A stretch of DNA of 64,000 bases from the human T2T-CHM13v2.0 reference genome, Homo sapiens, in NCBI RefSeq assembly GCF_009914755.1, contig NC_060948.1. The stretch is one strand, 5' to 3'. Positions within the stretch are counted from its first letter, which is position 1, and every line of letters begins with the position of its first letter. Under the pieces are notes generated by a model, which was given only the letters and a program-made list of their open reading frames with translations, made no database searches and had not been told where the DNA came from. The position numbers and the translations under genes were made by a program. Positions 40,055 through 59,414 of the stretch are shown one piece after another.

Positions 40055-42159
40055 AGATCCATATTTTGTAAATGAAAAAAAATTTCAAAGGTACTCTGCT
40101 TGGTACAATAATCAAATGTATAAACTGAGGAATAAAACATAACCATGAAACCTACTTATAACTGCATATGGAAAATACAGAGGATAATTTTTTAAATAAC
40201 ATATTTTGAAAGCCTTAACTAGTAATTTGAAGAGTTGGCATTTGAAAGGCCAGTATGAATAAACCTTCAAAGCAGCAACACAGGTTCCCCATGAGAAAAA
40301 GCAAACACAGGGAAAATAAAAACACAAAGGTTCAATCTCTTCTGACATTTGAAAGACACAGCACAGACAGTGGTCCTTAGGACGAAGAGCAGGAGACCCC
40401 TAATTCCGTCACCATGGCGATAGGGCATAAACATTGCTGGGTGAGGGCACAATCCACATTGTGAGGTCCAACTGCTGCCAGGAAGACAGGAGTGCTTTTA
40501 CATAGACCGAAAGGTCATTGAAGGCTCAGAGTTTTGTTTCAAGAACTGAATCCCAAGCCCACACGTTATTAGGCTGCGCTTCTTAAAACAAGTTATGAGA
40601 TGGGAAAAAGGGCACCCACAAACATACGTATACATTATGTATATAATAATATACTGTATCATATATATAATATATATAACCTATGTATAATATTGTTTTA
40701 CATCCTGCATCTTATGTTATATATATTGTATAAAATATAATAATTGATAATATATAAGTTTTATAATTATACAATATGACATATAGTATATATTATAATT
40801 TATGACATATAAAATATATGTTATATATCATATATAGAATATATTATACGGTTAATATACGTATTAAATATAAATTATACCTTATATATATTATATATAA
40901 TATATCTGTTATATATAATACCCATTATGCATAATATATATATTATGTCTATGTTATATATAGTATAAAACAACATATAATAATATATAATTGTATATAT
41001 AAAATGCGACATATAATATATATTATATTTTATAACATATGTAATATATATTATATATTATATATAATACGTTGTATGTATAATACCTATATTAAATATA
41101 TATTATATGACTATGTTATTAATTACATGTCACATATGTTATATATTATATATTTTACATAGAATATACCGGTTACATACAATATATACTATGTTACCTA
41201 TAATGTATAATTTATTACATGTAAAATAAAGAATGCAATATATTATGTATAATTTATAATATACAATATGTGGAATGTGACATATGTAACATATAATATA
41301 TGATATATGATATACAGTATATGATATATAACATACAATATATGATTCCTAATATATATGGTATACAATATATATTTTATGATATGTATTCTATATGTTT
41401 TATATTCTGTTATATATAACTATTTGAAATTATATATAACTGTATAATATTTTATGTAAATATGTAATATAATATATATAACTATATAATATATTATATA
41501 TAACTATATATTATGTTATATATACTTTTATAACATAATTTACATAAAATATCATAATATAATATATATTATATTATTTCATATTACATAATATATATTA
41601 CATATCACCCAATATAACTAACATACATAATATTATAATATAGATTATATTATGTTATATTAAATATCATATATATCATGTATCATATATTCTATAATAT
41701 ATATTACACATTATATAATATGTATGTTGTCTATTACGTGATATATATAACTCAATATATAATTATATTTTTATACATATAACTAGATAAACATGTAATT
41801 CTACATATTTTCATTTATAATATGTAGAATTATATAATCATATATAATTATTTATATTCTATAAAAAATTTTATCATTATATAAATTATAATATATAAAA
41901 ATTATAATATGTACTACAAATATATATATTATATATCATATATGATATAGTACCTTTGTTATATATCATAATACATATAAATGTGTATTATGTTATCTAT
42001 AATTATATAATTTCATATATAAGATGTATAATATGTATCATATATTATAGATGTTATGTAATATATATAGTAGATATAAGATGACACAGGATAAATATTA
42101 TATACTATGACATATAAAATATATGAGGTTATATGTTACATATAAGGCATAGCACATAA

Positions 42160-42474
<315 letters not shown>

Positions 42475-44581
42475 AGATCCATATTTTTTAAATGAAAAAA
42501 AATTTCAAAGGTACTCTGCTTGGTACAATAATCAAATGTATAAACTGAGGAATAAAACATAACCATGAAACCTACTTATAACTGCATATGGAAAATACAG
42601 AGGATAATTTTTTAAATAACATATTTTGAAAGCCTTAACTAGTAATTTGAAGAGTTGGCATTTGAAAGGCCAGTATGAATATACCTTCAAAGCAGCAACA
42701 CAGGTTCCCCATGAGAAAAAGCAAACACAGGGAAAATAAAAACACAAAGGTTCAATCTCTTCTGACCTTTGAAAGACACAGCACAGACAGTGGTCCTTAG
42801 GACGAAGAGCAGGAGACCCCTAATTCCGTCACCATGGCGATAGGGCATAAACATTGCTGGGTGAGGGCACAATCCACATTGTGAGGTCCAACTGCTGCCA
42901 GGAAGACAGGAGTGCTTTTACATAGACCGAAAGGTCATTGAAGGCTCAGAGTTTTGTTTCAAGAACTGAATCCCAAGCCCACACGTTATTAGGCTGCGCT
43001 TCTTAAAACAAGTTATGAGATGGGAAAAAGGGCACCCACAAACATACGTATACATTATGTATATAATAATATACAGTATCATATATATAATATATATAAC
43101 CTATGTATAATATTGTTTTACATTCTGCATCTTATGTTATATATATTGTATAAAATATAATAATTGATAATATATAAGTTTTATAATTATACAATATGAC
43201 ATATAGTATATATTATAATTGATGACATATATAATATATGTTATATATCATATATAGAGTATATTATACGGTTAATATACGTATTAAATATAAATTATAC
43301 CTTATATATATTATATATAATATATCTGTTATATATAATACCCATTATGCATAATATATATATTATGTCTATGTTATATATAGTATAAAACAACATATAA
43401 TAATATATAATTGTATATATAAAATGCGACATATAATATATATTATATTTTATAACATATGTAATATATATTATATATTATATATAATACGTTGTATGTA
43501 TAATACCTATATTAAATATATATTATATGACTATGTTATTAATTACATGTCACATGTGTTATATATTATATATTTTACATAGAATATACCGGTTACATAC
43601 AATATATACTATGTTACCTATAATGTATAATTGATTACATGTAAAATAAAGAATGCAATATATTATGTAAAATTTATAATATACAATATGTGGAATGTGA
43701 CATATGTAACATATAATATATGATATATGATATACAGTATATGATATATAACATAAAATATATGATTCCTAATATATATGGTATACAATATATATTTTAT
43801 GATATGTGTTCTATATGTTTTATATTCTGTTATATATAACTATTTGAAATTATATATAACTGTATAATATTTTATGTAAATATGTAATATAATATATATA
43901 ACTATATAATATATTATATATAACTATATATTATGTTATATATACTTTTATAACATAATTTACATAAAATATCATAATATAATATATATTATATTTTTTC
44001 ATATTACATAATATATATTACATATCACCCAATATAACTAACATACATAATATTATAATATAGATTATATTATGTTATATTAAATATCATATATATCATG
44101 TATCATATATTCTATAATATATATTACACATTATATAATATGTATGTTGTCTATTATGTGATATATATAACTCAATATATAATTATATCTTTATACATAT
44201 AACTAGATAAACATGTAATTCTACATATTTTCATTTGTAATATGTAGAATTATATAATCATATATAATTATTTATATTCTATAAAAAATTTTATCATTAT
44301 ATAAATTATAATATATAAAAATTATAATATGTACTACAAATATATATATATTATATATCATATATGATATAGTACCTTTGTTATATATCATAATACATAT
44401 AAATGTGTATTATGTTATCTATAATTATATAATTTCATATATAAGATGTATAATATGTATCATATATTATATATGTTATGTAATATATATAGTATATATA
44501 AGATGACACAGGATAAATATTATATACTATGACATATAAAATATATGAGGTTATATGTTACATATAAGGCATAGCACATAA

Positions 44582-44896
<315 letters not shown>

Positions 44897-46999
44897 AGAT
44901 CCGTATTTTTTAAATGAAAAAAAATTTCAAAGGTACTCTGCTTGGTACAATAATCAAATGTATAAACTGAGGAATAAAACATAACCATGAAACCTACTTA
45001 TAACTGCATATGGAAAATACAGAGGATAATTTTTTAAATAACATATTTTGAAAGCCTTAACTAGTAATTTGAAGAGTTGGCATTTGAAAGGCCAGTATGA
45101 ATATACCTTCAAAGCAGCAACACAGGTTCCCCATGAGAAAAAGCAAACACAGGGAAAATAAAAACACAAAGGTTCAATCTCTTCTGACCTTTGAAAGACA
45201 CAGCACAGACAGTGGTCCTTAGGACGAAGAGCAGGAGACCCCTAATTCCGTCACCATGGCAATAGGGCATAAACATTGCTGGGTGAGGGCACAATCCACA
45301 TTGTGAGGTCCAACTGCTGCCAGGAAGACAGGAGTGCTTTTACATAGACCGAAAGGTCATTGAAGGCTCAGAGTTTTGTTTCAAGAACTGAATCCCAAGC
45401 CCACACGTTATTAGGCTGCGCTTCTTAAAACAAGTTATGAGATGGGAAAAAGGGCACCCACAAACATACGTATACATTATGTATATAATAATATACAGTA
45501 TCATATATATAATATATATAACCTATGTATAATATTGTTTTACATCCTGCATCTTATGTTATATATATTGTATAAAATATAATAATTGATAATATATAAG
45601 TTTTATAATTATACAATATGACATATAGTATATATTATAATTTATGACATATATAATATATGTTATATGTCATATATAGAATATATTATACGGTTAATAT
45701 ACGTATTAAATATAAATTATACATTATATATATTATATATAATATATCTGTTATATAAAATACCCATTATGCATAATATATATATTATGTCTATGTTATA
45801 TATAGTATAAAACAACATATAATAATATATAATTGTATATATAAAATGCGACATATAATATATATTATATTTTATAACATATGTAATATATATTATATAT
45901 TATATATAATACGTTGTATGTATAATACCTATATTAAATATATATTATATGACTATGTTATTAATTACATGTCACATGTGTTATATATTATATATTTTAC
46001 ATAGAATATACCGGTTACATACAATATATACTATGTTACCTATAATGTATAATTTATTACATGTAAAATAAAGAATGCAACATATTATGTAAAATTTATA
46101 ATATACCATATGTGGAATGTGATATATATAACATATAATATATGATATATGATATACAGTATATGATATATAACATACAATATATGATTCCTAATATATA
46201 TGGTATACAATATATATTTTATGATATGTATTCTATATGTTTTATATTCTGTTATATATAACTATTTGAAATTATATATAACTGTATAATATTTTATGTA
46301 AATATGTAATATAATATATATAACTATATAATATATTATATATAACTATATATTATGTTATATATACTTTTATAACATAATTTACATAAAATATCATAAT
46401 ATAATATATATTATATTATTTCATATTACATAATATATATTACATATCACCCAATATAACTAACATACATAATATTATAATATAGATTATATTATGTTAT
46501 ATTAAATATCATATATATCATGTATCATATATTCTATAATATATATTACACATTATATAATATGTATGTTGTCTATTATGTGATATATATAACTATATAT
46601 AATTATATTTTTATACATATAACTAGATAAACATGTAATTCTACATATTTTCGTTTATAATATGTAGAATTATATAATCATATATAATTATTTATATTCT
46701 ATAAAAAATTTTATCATTATATAAATTATAATATATAAAAATTATAATATGTACTACAAATATATATATTATATATCATATATGCTATAGTACCTTTGTT
46801 ATATATCATAATACATATAAATGTGTATTATGTTATCTATAATTATATAATTTCATATATAAGATGTATAATGTGTATCATATATTATATATGTTATGTA
46901 ATATATATAGTATATATAAGATGACACAGGATAAATATTATATACTATGACATATAAAATATATGAGGTTATATGTTACATATAAGGCATAGCACATAA

Positions 47000-47314
<315 letters not shown>

Positions 47315-49417
47315 AGATCCATATTTTGTAAATGAAAAAAAATTTCAAAGGTACTCTGCTTGGTACAATAATCAAATGTATAAACTGAGGAATAAAACAT
47401 AACCATGAAACCTACTTATAACTGCATATGGAAAATACAGAGGATAATTTTTTAAATAACATATTTTGAAAGCCTTAACTAGTAATTTGAAGAGTTGGCA
47501 TTTGAAAGGCCAGTATGAATATACCTTCAAAGCAGCAACACAGGTTCCCCATGAGAAAAAGCAAACACAGGGAAAATAAAAACACAAAGGTTCAATCTCT
47601 TCTGACCTTTGAAAGACACAGCACAGACAGTGGTCCTTAGGACGAAGAGCAGGAGACCCCTAATTCCGTCACCATGGCGATAGGGCATAAACATTGCTGG
47701 GTGAGGGCACAATCCACATTGTGAGGTCCAACTGCTGCCAGGAAGACAGGAGTGCTTTTACATAGACCGAAAGGTCATTGAAGGCTCAGAGTTTTGTTTC
47801 AAGAACTGAATCCCAAGCCCACACGTTATTAGGCTGCGCTTCTTAAAACAAGTTATGAGATGGGAAAAAGGGCACCCACAAACATACGTATACATTATGT
47901 ATATAATAATATACAGTATCATATATATAATATATATAACCTATGTATAATATTGTTTTACATCCTGCATCTTATGTTATATATATTGTATAAAATATAA
48001 TAATTGATAATATATAAGTTTTATAATTATACAATATGACATATAGTATATATTATAATTTATGACATATATAATATATGTTATATGTCATATATAGAAT
48101 ATATTATACGGTTAATATACGTATTAAATATAAATTATACATTATATATATTATATATAATATATCTGTTATATAAAATACCCATTATGCATAATATATA
48201 TATTATGTCTATGTTATATATAGTATAAAACAACATATAATAATATATAATTGTATATATAAAATGCGACATATAATATATATTATATTTTATAACATAT
48301 GTAATATATATTATATATTATATATAATACGTTGTATGTATAATACCTATATTAAATATATATTATATGACTATGTTATTAATTACATGTCACATGTGTT
48401 ATATATTATATATTTTACATAGAATATACCGGTTACATACAATATATACTATGTTACCTATAATGTATAATTTATTACATGTAAAATAAAGAATGCAACA
48501 TATTATGTAAAATTTATAATATACCATATGTGGAATGTGATATATATAACATATAATATATGATATATGATATACAGTATATGATATATAACATACAATA
48601 TATGATTCCTAATATATATGGTATACAATATATATTTTATGATATGTATTCTATATGTTTTATATTCTGTTATATATAACTATTTGAAATTATATATAAC
48701 TGTATAATATTTTATGTAAATATGTAATATAATATATATAACTATATAATATATTATATATAACTATATATTATGTTATATATACTTTTATAACATAATT
48801 TACATAAAATATCATAATATAATATATATTATATTATTTCATATTACATAATATATATTACATATCACCCAATATAACTAACATACATAATATTATAATA
48901 TAGATTATATTATGTTATATTAAATATCATATATATCATGTATCATATATTCTATAATATATATTACACATTATATAATATGTATGTTGTCTATTATGTG
49001 ATATATATAACTATATATAATTATATTTTTATACATATAACTAGATAAACATGTAATTCTACATATTTTCGTTTATAATATGTAGAATTATATAATCATA
49101 TATAATTATTTATATTCTATAAAAAATTTTATCATTATATAAATTATAATATATAAAAATTATAATATGTACTACAAATATATATATTATATATCATATA
49201 TGCTATAGTACCTTTGTTATATATCATAATACATATAAATGTGTATTATGTTATCTATAATTATATAATTTCATATATAAGATGTATAATGTGTATCATA
49301 TATTATATATGTTATGTAATATATATAGTATATATAAGATGACACAGGATAAATATTATATACTATGACATATAAAATATATGAGGTTATATGTTACATA
49401 TAAGGCATAGCACATAA

Positions 49418-49732
<315 letters not shown>

Positions 49733-51839
49733 AGATCCATATTTTGTAAATGAAAAAAAATTTCAAAGGTACTCTGCTTGGTACAATAATCAAATGTATA
49801 AACTGAGGAATAAAACATAACCATGAAACCTACTTATAACTGCATATGGAAAATACAGAGGATAATTTTTTAAATAACATATTTTGAAAGCCTTAACTAG
49901 TAATTTGAAGAGTTGGCATTTGAAAGGCCAGTATGAATATACCTTCAAAGCAGCAACACAGGTTCCCCATGAGAAAAAGCAAACACAGGGAAAATAAAAA
50001 CACAAAGGTTCAATCTCTTCTGACCTTTGAAAGACACAGCACAGACAGTGGTCCTTAGGACGAAGAGCAGGAGACCCCTAATTCCGTCACCATGGCGATA
50101 GGGCATAAACATTGCTGGGTGAGGGCACAATCCACATTGTGAGGTCCAACTGCTGCCAGGAAGACAGGAGTGCTTTTACATAGACCGAAAGGTCATTGAA
50201 GGCTCAGAGTTTTGTTTCAAGAACTGAATCCCAAGCCCACACGTTATTAGGCTGCGCTTCTTAAAACAAGTTATGAGATGGGAAAAAGGGCACCCACAAA
50301 CATACGTATACATTATGTATATAATAATATACAGTATCATATATATAATATATATAACCTATGTATAATATTGTTTTACATCCTGCATCTTATGTTATAT
50401 ATATTGTATAAAATATAATAGTTGATAATATATAAGTTTTATAATTATACAATATGACATATAGTATATATTATAATTTATGACATATATAATATATGTT
50501 ATATGTCATATATAGAATATATTATACGGTTAATATACGTATTAAATATAAATTATACATTATATATATTATATATAATATATCTGTTATATATAATACC
50601 CATTATGCATAATATATATATTATGTCTATGTTATATATAGTATAAAACAACATATAATAATATATAATTGTATATATAAAATGCGACATATAATATATA
50701 TTATATTTTATAACATATGTAATATATATTATATATTATATATAATACGTTGTATGTATAATACCTATATTAAATATATATTATATGACTATGTTATTAA
50801 TTACATGTCACATGTGTTATATATTATATATTTTACATAGAATATACCGGTTACATACAATATATACTATGTTACCTATAATGTATAATTTATTACATGT
50901 AAAATAAAGAATGCAATATATTATGTAAAATTTATAATATACCATATGTGGAATGTGATATATATAACATATAATATATGATATATGATATACAGTATAT
51001 GATATATAACATACAATATATGATTCCTAATATATATGGTATACAATATATATTTTATGATATGTATTCTATATGTTTTATATTCTGTTATATATAACTA
51101 TTTGAAATTATATATAACTGTATAATATTTTATGTAAATATGTAATATAATATATATAACTATATAATATATTATATATAACTATATATTATGTTATATA
51201 TACTTTTATAACATAATTTACATAAAATATCATAATATAATATATATTATATTATTTCATATTACATAATATATATTACATATCACCCAATATAACTAAC
51301 ATACATAATATTATAATATAGATTATATTATGTTATATTAAATATCATATATATCATGTATCATATATTCTATAATATATATTACACATTATATAATATG
51401 TATGTTGTCTATTATGTGATATATATAACTCTATATATAATTATATTTTTATACATATAACTAGATAAACATGTAATTCTACATATTTTCGTTTGTAATA
51501 TGTAGAATTATATAATCATATATAATTATTTATATTCTATAAAAAATTTTATCATTATATAAATTATAATATATAAAAATTATAATATGTACTACAAATA
51601 TATATATATTATATATCATATATGATATAGTACCTTTGTTATATATCATAATACATATAAATGTGTATTATGTTATCTATAATTATATAATTTCATATAT
51701 AAGATGTATAATATGTATCATATATTATATATGTTATGTAATATATATAGTATATATAAGATGACACAGGATAAATATTATATACTATGACATATAAAAT
51801 ATATGAGGTTATATGTTACATATAAGGCATAGCACATAA

Positions 51840-52154
<315 letters not shown>

Positions 52155-54261
52155 AGATCCGTATTTTTTAAATGAAAAAAAATTTCAAAGGTACTCTGCT
52201 TGGTACAATAATCAAATGTATAAACTGAGGAATAAAACATAACCATGAAACCTACTTATAACTGCATATGGAAAATACAGAGGATAATTTTTTAAATAAC
52301 ATATTTTGAAAGCCTTAACTAGTAATTTGAAGAGTTGGCATTTGAAAGGCCAGTATGAATATACCTTCAAAGCAGCAACACAGGTTCCCCATGAGAAAAA
52401 GCAAACACAGGGAAAATAAAAACACAAAGGTTCAATCTCTTCTGACCTTTGAAAGACACAGCACAGACAGTGGTCCTTAGGACGAAGAGCAGGAGACCCC
52501 TAATTCCGTCACCATGGCGATAGGGCATAAACATTGCTGGGTGAGGGCACAATCCACATTGTGAGGTCCAACTGCTGCCAGGAAGACAGGAGTGCTTTTA
52601 CATAGACCGAAAGGTCATTGAAGGCTCAGAGTTTTGTTTCAAGAACTGAATCCCAAGCCCACACGTTATTAGGCTGCGCTTCTTAAAACAAGTTATGAGA
52701 TGGGAAAAAGGGCACCCACAAACATACGTATACATTATGTATATAATAATATACAGTATCATATATATAATATATATAACCTATGTATAATATTGTTTTA
52801 CATCCTGCATCTTATGTTATATATATTGTATAAAATATAATAGTTGATAATATATAAGTTTTATAATTATACAATATGACATATAGTATATATTATAATT
52901 TATGACATATATAATATATGTTATATGTCATATATAGAATATATTATACGGTTAATATACGTATTAAATATAAATTATACATTATATATATTATATATAA
53001 TATATCTGTTATATATAATACCCATTATGCATAATATATATATTATGTCTATGTTATATATAGTATAAAACAACATATAATAATATATAATTGTATATAT
53101 AAAATGCGACATATAATATATATTATATTTTATAACATATGTAATATATATTATATATTATATATAATACGTTGTATGTATAATACCTATATTAAATATA
53201 TATTATATGACTATGTTATTAATTACATGTCACATGTGTTATATATTATATATTTTACATAGAATATACCGGTTACATACAATATATACTATGTTACCTA
53301 TAATGTATAATTTATTACATGTAAAATAAAGAATGCAATATATTATGTAAAATTTATAATATACCATATGTGGAATGTGATATATATAACATATAATATA
53401 TGATATATGATATACAGTATATGATATATAACATACAATATATGATTCCTAATATATATGGTATACAATATATATTTTATGATATGTATTCTATATGTTT
53501 TATATTCTGTTATATATAACTATTTGAAATTATATATAACTGTATAATATTTTATGTAAATATGTAATATAATATATATAACTATATAATATATTATATA
53601 TAACTATATATTATGTTATATATACTTTTATAACATAATTTACATAAAATATCATAATATAATATATATTATATTATTTCATATTACATAATATATATTA
53701 CATATCACCCAATATAACTAACATACATAATATTATAATATAGATTATATTATGTTATATTAAATATCATATATATCATGTATCATATATTCTATAATAT
53801 ATATTACACATTATATAATATGTATGTTGTCTATTATGTGATATATATAACTCTATATATAATTATATTTTTATACATATAACTAGATAAACATGTAATT
53901 CTACATATTTTCGTTTGTAATATGTAGAATTATATAATCATATATAATTATTTATATTCTATAAAAAATTTTATCATTATATAAATTATAATATATAAAA
54001 ATTATAATATGTACTACAAATATATATATATTATATATCATATATGATATAGTACCTTTGTTATATATCATAATACATATAAATGTGTATTATGTTATCT
54101 ATAATTATATAATTTCATATATAAGATGTATAATATGTATCATATATTATATATGTTATGTAATATATATAGTATATATAAGATGACACAGGATAAATAT
54201 TATATACTATGACATATAAAATATATGAGGTTATATGTTACATATAAGGCATAGCACATAA

Positions 54262-54576
<315 letters not shown>

Positions 54577-56679
54577 AGATCCGTATTTTTTAAATGAAAA
54601 AAAATTTCAAAGGTACTCTGCTTGGTACAATAATCAAATGTATAAACTGAGGAATAAAACATAACCATGAAACCTACTTATAACTGCATATGGAAAATAC
54701 AGAGGATAATTTTTTAAATAACATATTTTGAAAGCCTTAACTAGTAATTTGAAGAGTTGGCATTTGAAAGGCCAGTATGAATATACCTTCAAAGCAGCAA
54801 CACAGGTTCCCCATGAGAAAAAGCAAACACAGGGAAAATAAAAACACAAAGGTTCAATCTCTTCTGACCTTTGAAAGACACAGCACAGACAGTGGTCCTT
54901 AGGACGAAGAGCAGGAGACCCCTAATTCCGTCACCATGGCGATAGGGCATAAACATTGCTGGGTGAGGGCACAATCCACATTGTGAGGTCCAACTGCTGC
55001 CAGGAAGACAGGAGTGCTTTTACATAGACCGAAAGGTCATTGAAGGCTCAGAGTTTTGTTTCAAGAACTGAATCCCAAGCCCACACGTTATTAGGCTGCG
55101 CTTCTTAAAACAAGTTATGAGATGGGAAAAAGGGCACCCACAAACATACGTATACATTATGTATATAATAATATACAGTATCATATATATAATATATATA
55201 ACCTATGTATAATATTGTTTTACATCCTGCATCTTATGTTATATATATTGTATAAAATATAATAATTGATAATATATAAGTTTTATAATTATACAATATG
55301 ACATATAGTATATATTATAATTTATGACATATATAATATATGTTATATGTCATATATAGAATATATTATACGGTTAATATACGTATTAAATATAAATTAT
55401 ACATTATATATATTATATATAATATATCTGTTATATATAATACCCATTATGCATAATATATATATTATGTCTATGTTATATATAGTATAAAACAACATAT
55501 AATAATATATAATTGTATATATAAAATGCGACATATAATATATATTATATTTTATAACATATGTAATATATATTATATATTATATATAATACGTTGTATG
55601 TATAATACCTATATTAAATATATATTATATGACTATGTTATTAATTACATGTCACATGTGTTATATATTATATATTTTACATAGAATATACCGGTTACAT
55701 ACAATATATACTATGTTACCTATAATGTATAATTTATTACATGTAAAATAAAGAATGCAATATATTATGTAAAATTTATAATATACCATATGTGGAATGT
55801 GATATATATAACATATAATATATGATATATGATATACAGTATATGATATATAACATACAATATATGATTCCTAATATATATGGTATACAATATATATTTT
55901 ATGATATGTATTCTATATGTTTTATATTCTGTTATATATAACTATTTGAAATTATATATAACTGTATAATATTTTATGTAAATATGTAATATAATATATA
56001 TAACTATATAATATATTATATATAACTATATATTATGTTATATATACTTTTATAACATAATTTACATAAAATATCATAATATAATATATATTATATTATT
56101 TCATATTACATAATATATATTACATATCACCCAATATAACTAACATACATAATATTATAATATAGATTATATTATGTTATATTAAATATCATATATATCA
56201 TGTATCATATATTCTATAATATATATTACACATTATATAATATGTATGTTGTCTATTATGTGATATATATAACTATATATAATTATATTTTTATACATAT
56301 AACTAGATAAACATGTAATTCTACATATTTTCGTTTATAATATGTAGAATTATATAATCATATATAATTATTTATATTCTATAAAAAATTTTATCATTAT
56401 ATAAATTATAATATATAAAAATTATAATATGTACTACAAATATATATATTATATATCATATATGCTATAGTACCTTTGTTATATATCATAATACATATAA
56501 ATGTGTATTATGTTATCTATAATTATATAATTTCATATATAAGTTGTATAATATGAATCATATATTATATATGTTATGTAATATATATAGTATATATAAG
56601 ATGACACAGGATAAATATTATATACTATGAGATATAAAATATATGAGGTTATATGTTACATATAAGGCATAGCACATAA

Positions 56680-56994
<315 letters not shown>

Positions 56995-59122
56995 AGATCC
57001 ATATTTTTTAAATGAAAAAAAATTTCAAAGGTACTCTGCTTGGTACAATAATCAAATGTATAAACTGAGGAATAAAACATAACCATGAAACCTACTTATA
57101 ACTGCATATGGAAAATACAGAGGATAATTTTTTAAATAACATATTTTGAAAGCCTTAACTAGTAATTTGAAGAGCTGGCATTTGAAAGGCCAGTATGAAT
57201 ATACCTTCAAAGCAGCAACACAGGTTCCCCATGAGAAAAAGCAAACACAGGGAAAATAAAAACACAAAGGTTCAATCTCTTCTGACCTTTGAAAGACACA
57301 GCACAGACAGTGGTCCTTAGGACGAAGAGCAGGAGACCCCTAATTCCGTCACCATGGCGATAGGGCATAAACATTGCTGGGTGAGGGCACAATCCACATT
57401 GTGAGGTCCAACTGCTGCCAGGAAGACAGGAGTGCTTTTACATAGACCGAAAGGTCATTGAAGGCTCAGAGTTTTGTTTCAAGAACTGAATCCCAAGCCC
57501 ACACGTTATTAGGCTGCGCTTCTTTAAACAAGTTATGAGATGGGAAAAAGGGCACCCACAAACATACGTATACATTATGTATATAATAATATACAGTATC
57601 ATATATATAATATATATAACCTATGTATAATATTGTTTTACATCCTGCATCTTATGTTATATATATTGTATAAAATATAATAGTTGATAATATATAAGTT
57701 TTATAATTATACAATATGACATATAGTATATATTATAATTTATGACATATATAATATATGTTATATGTCATATATAGAATATATTATACGGTTAATATAC
57801 GTATTAAATATAAATTATACATTATATATATTATATATAATATATCTGTTATATATAATACCCATTATGCATAATATATATATTATATCTATGTTATATA
57901 TAGTATAAAACAACATATAATAATATATAATTGTATATATAAAATGCGACATATAATATATATTATATTTTATAACATATGTAATATATATTATATATTA
58001 TATATAATACGTTGTAAGTATAATACCTATATTAAATATATATTATATGACTATGTTATTAATTACATGTCACATGTGTTATATATTATATATTTTACAT
58101 AGAATATACCGGTTACATACAATATATACTATGTTACCTATAATGTATAATTTATTACATGTAAAATAAAGAATGCAATATATTATGTATAATTTATAAT
58201 ATACCATATGTGGAATGTGATATATATAACATATAATATATGATATATGATATACAGTATATGATATATAACATACAATATATGATTCCTAATATATATG
58301 GTATACAATATATATTTTATGATATGTATTCTATATGTTTTATATTCTGTTATATATAACTATTTGAAATTATATATAACTGTATAATATTTTATGTAAA
58401 TATGTAATATAATATATATAACTATATAATATATTATATATAACTATATATTATGTTATATATACTTTTGTAACATAATTTACATAAAATATCATAATAT
58501 AATATATATTATATTATTTCATATTACATAATATATATTACATATCACCCAATATAACTAACATACATAATATTATAATATAGATTATATTGCGTTATAT
58601 TAAATATCATATATATCATGTATCATATATTCTATAATATATATTACACATTATATAATATGTATGTTGTCTATTATGTGATATATATAACTATATATAT
58701 AATTATATTTTTATACATATAACTAGATAAACATGTAATTCTACATATTTTCATTTATAATATGTAGAATTATATAATCATATATAATTATTTATATTCT
58801 ATAAAAAATTTTATCATTATATAAATTATAATATATAAAAATTATAATATGTACTACAAATATATATATTATATATCATATATGCTATAGTACTATTGTT
58901 ATATTTCATAATACATATAAATGTGTATTATGTTATCTATAATTATATAATTTCATATATAAGGTGTATAATATGTATCATAAATTATATATGTTGTGTA
59001 ATATATATAGTATATATAAGATGACACAGGATAAATATTATATACTATGACATATAAAATATATGAGGTTATATGTTACATATAAGGCATAGCACATAAC
59101 ATGTAATATATATCATATATAA

Positions 59123-59414
59123 TTTTTTTTTAGACAGAATCTTGTCCTGTTGCACAGGGTGGGGTACAATAGCGCCATCTTTGCTGACTGCAAATTCTGC
59201 CTCACGGGTCCAAGCGATTGTCCTCCCTCAGCCTCCCAGGTAGCTGGGACTACACCACACTGGGACTACACCAGCTGCCACCATGCCTAGCTAATTTTTT
59301 GGATTTTTAGTAGTGACAGCGTTTCACTGTATTGGCCAGGATGGTCTTGATCTCTTCACCTTGTGATCCCCTTGCCTTGGCCTCCAAATTTGCTGGGATT
59401 ACAGGCCTGAGCCA
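59123..59414 (-). mobile_element. Diverged Alu, unit 25
   Basis: Copy of the unit-1 Alu with a few private substitutions. Confidence 0.93.
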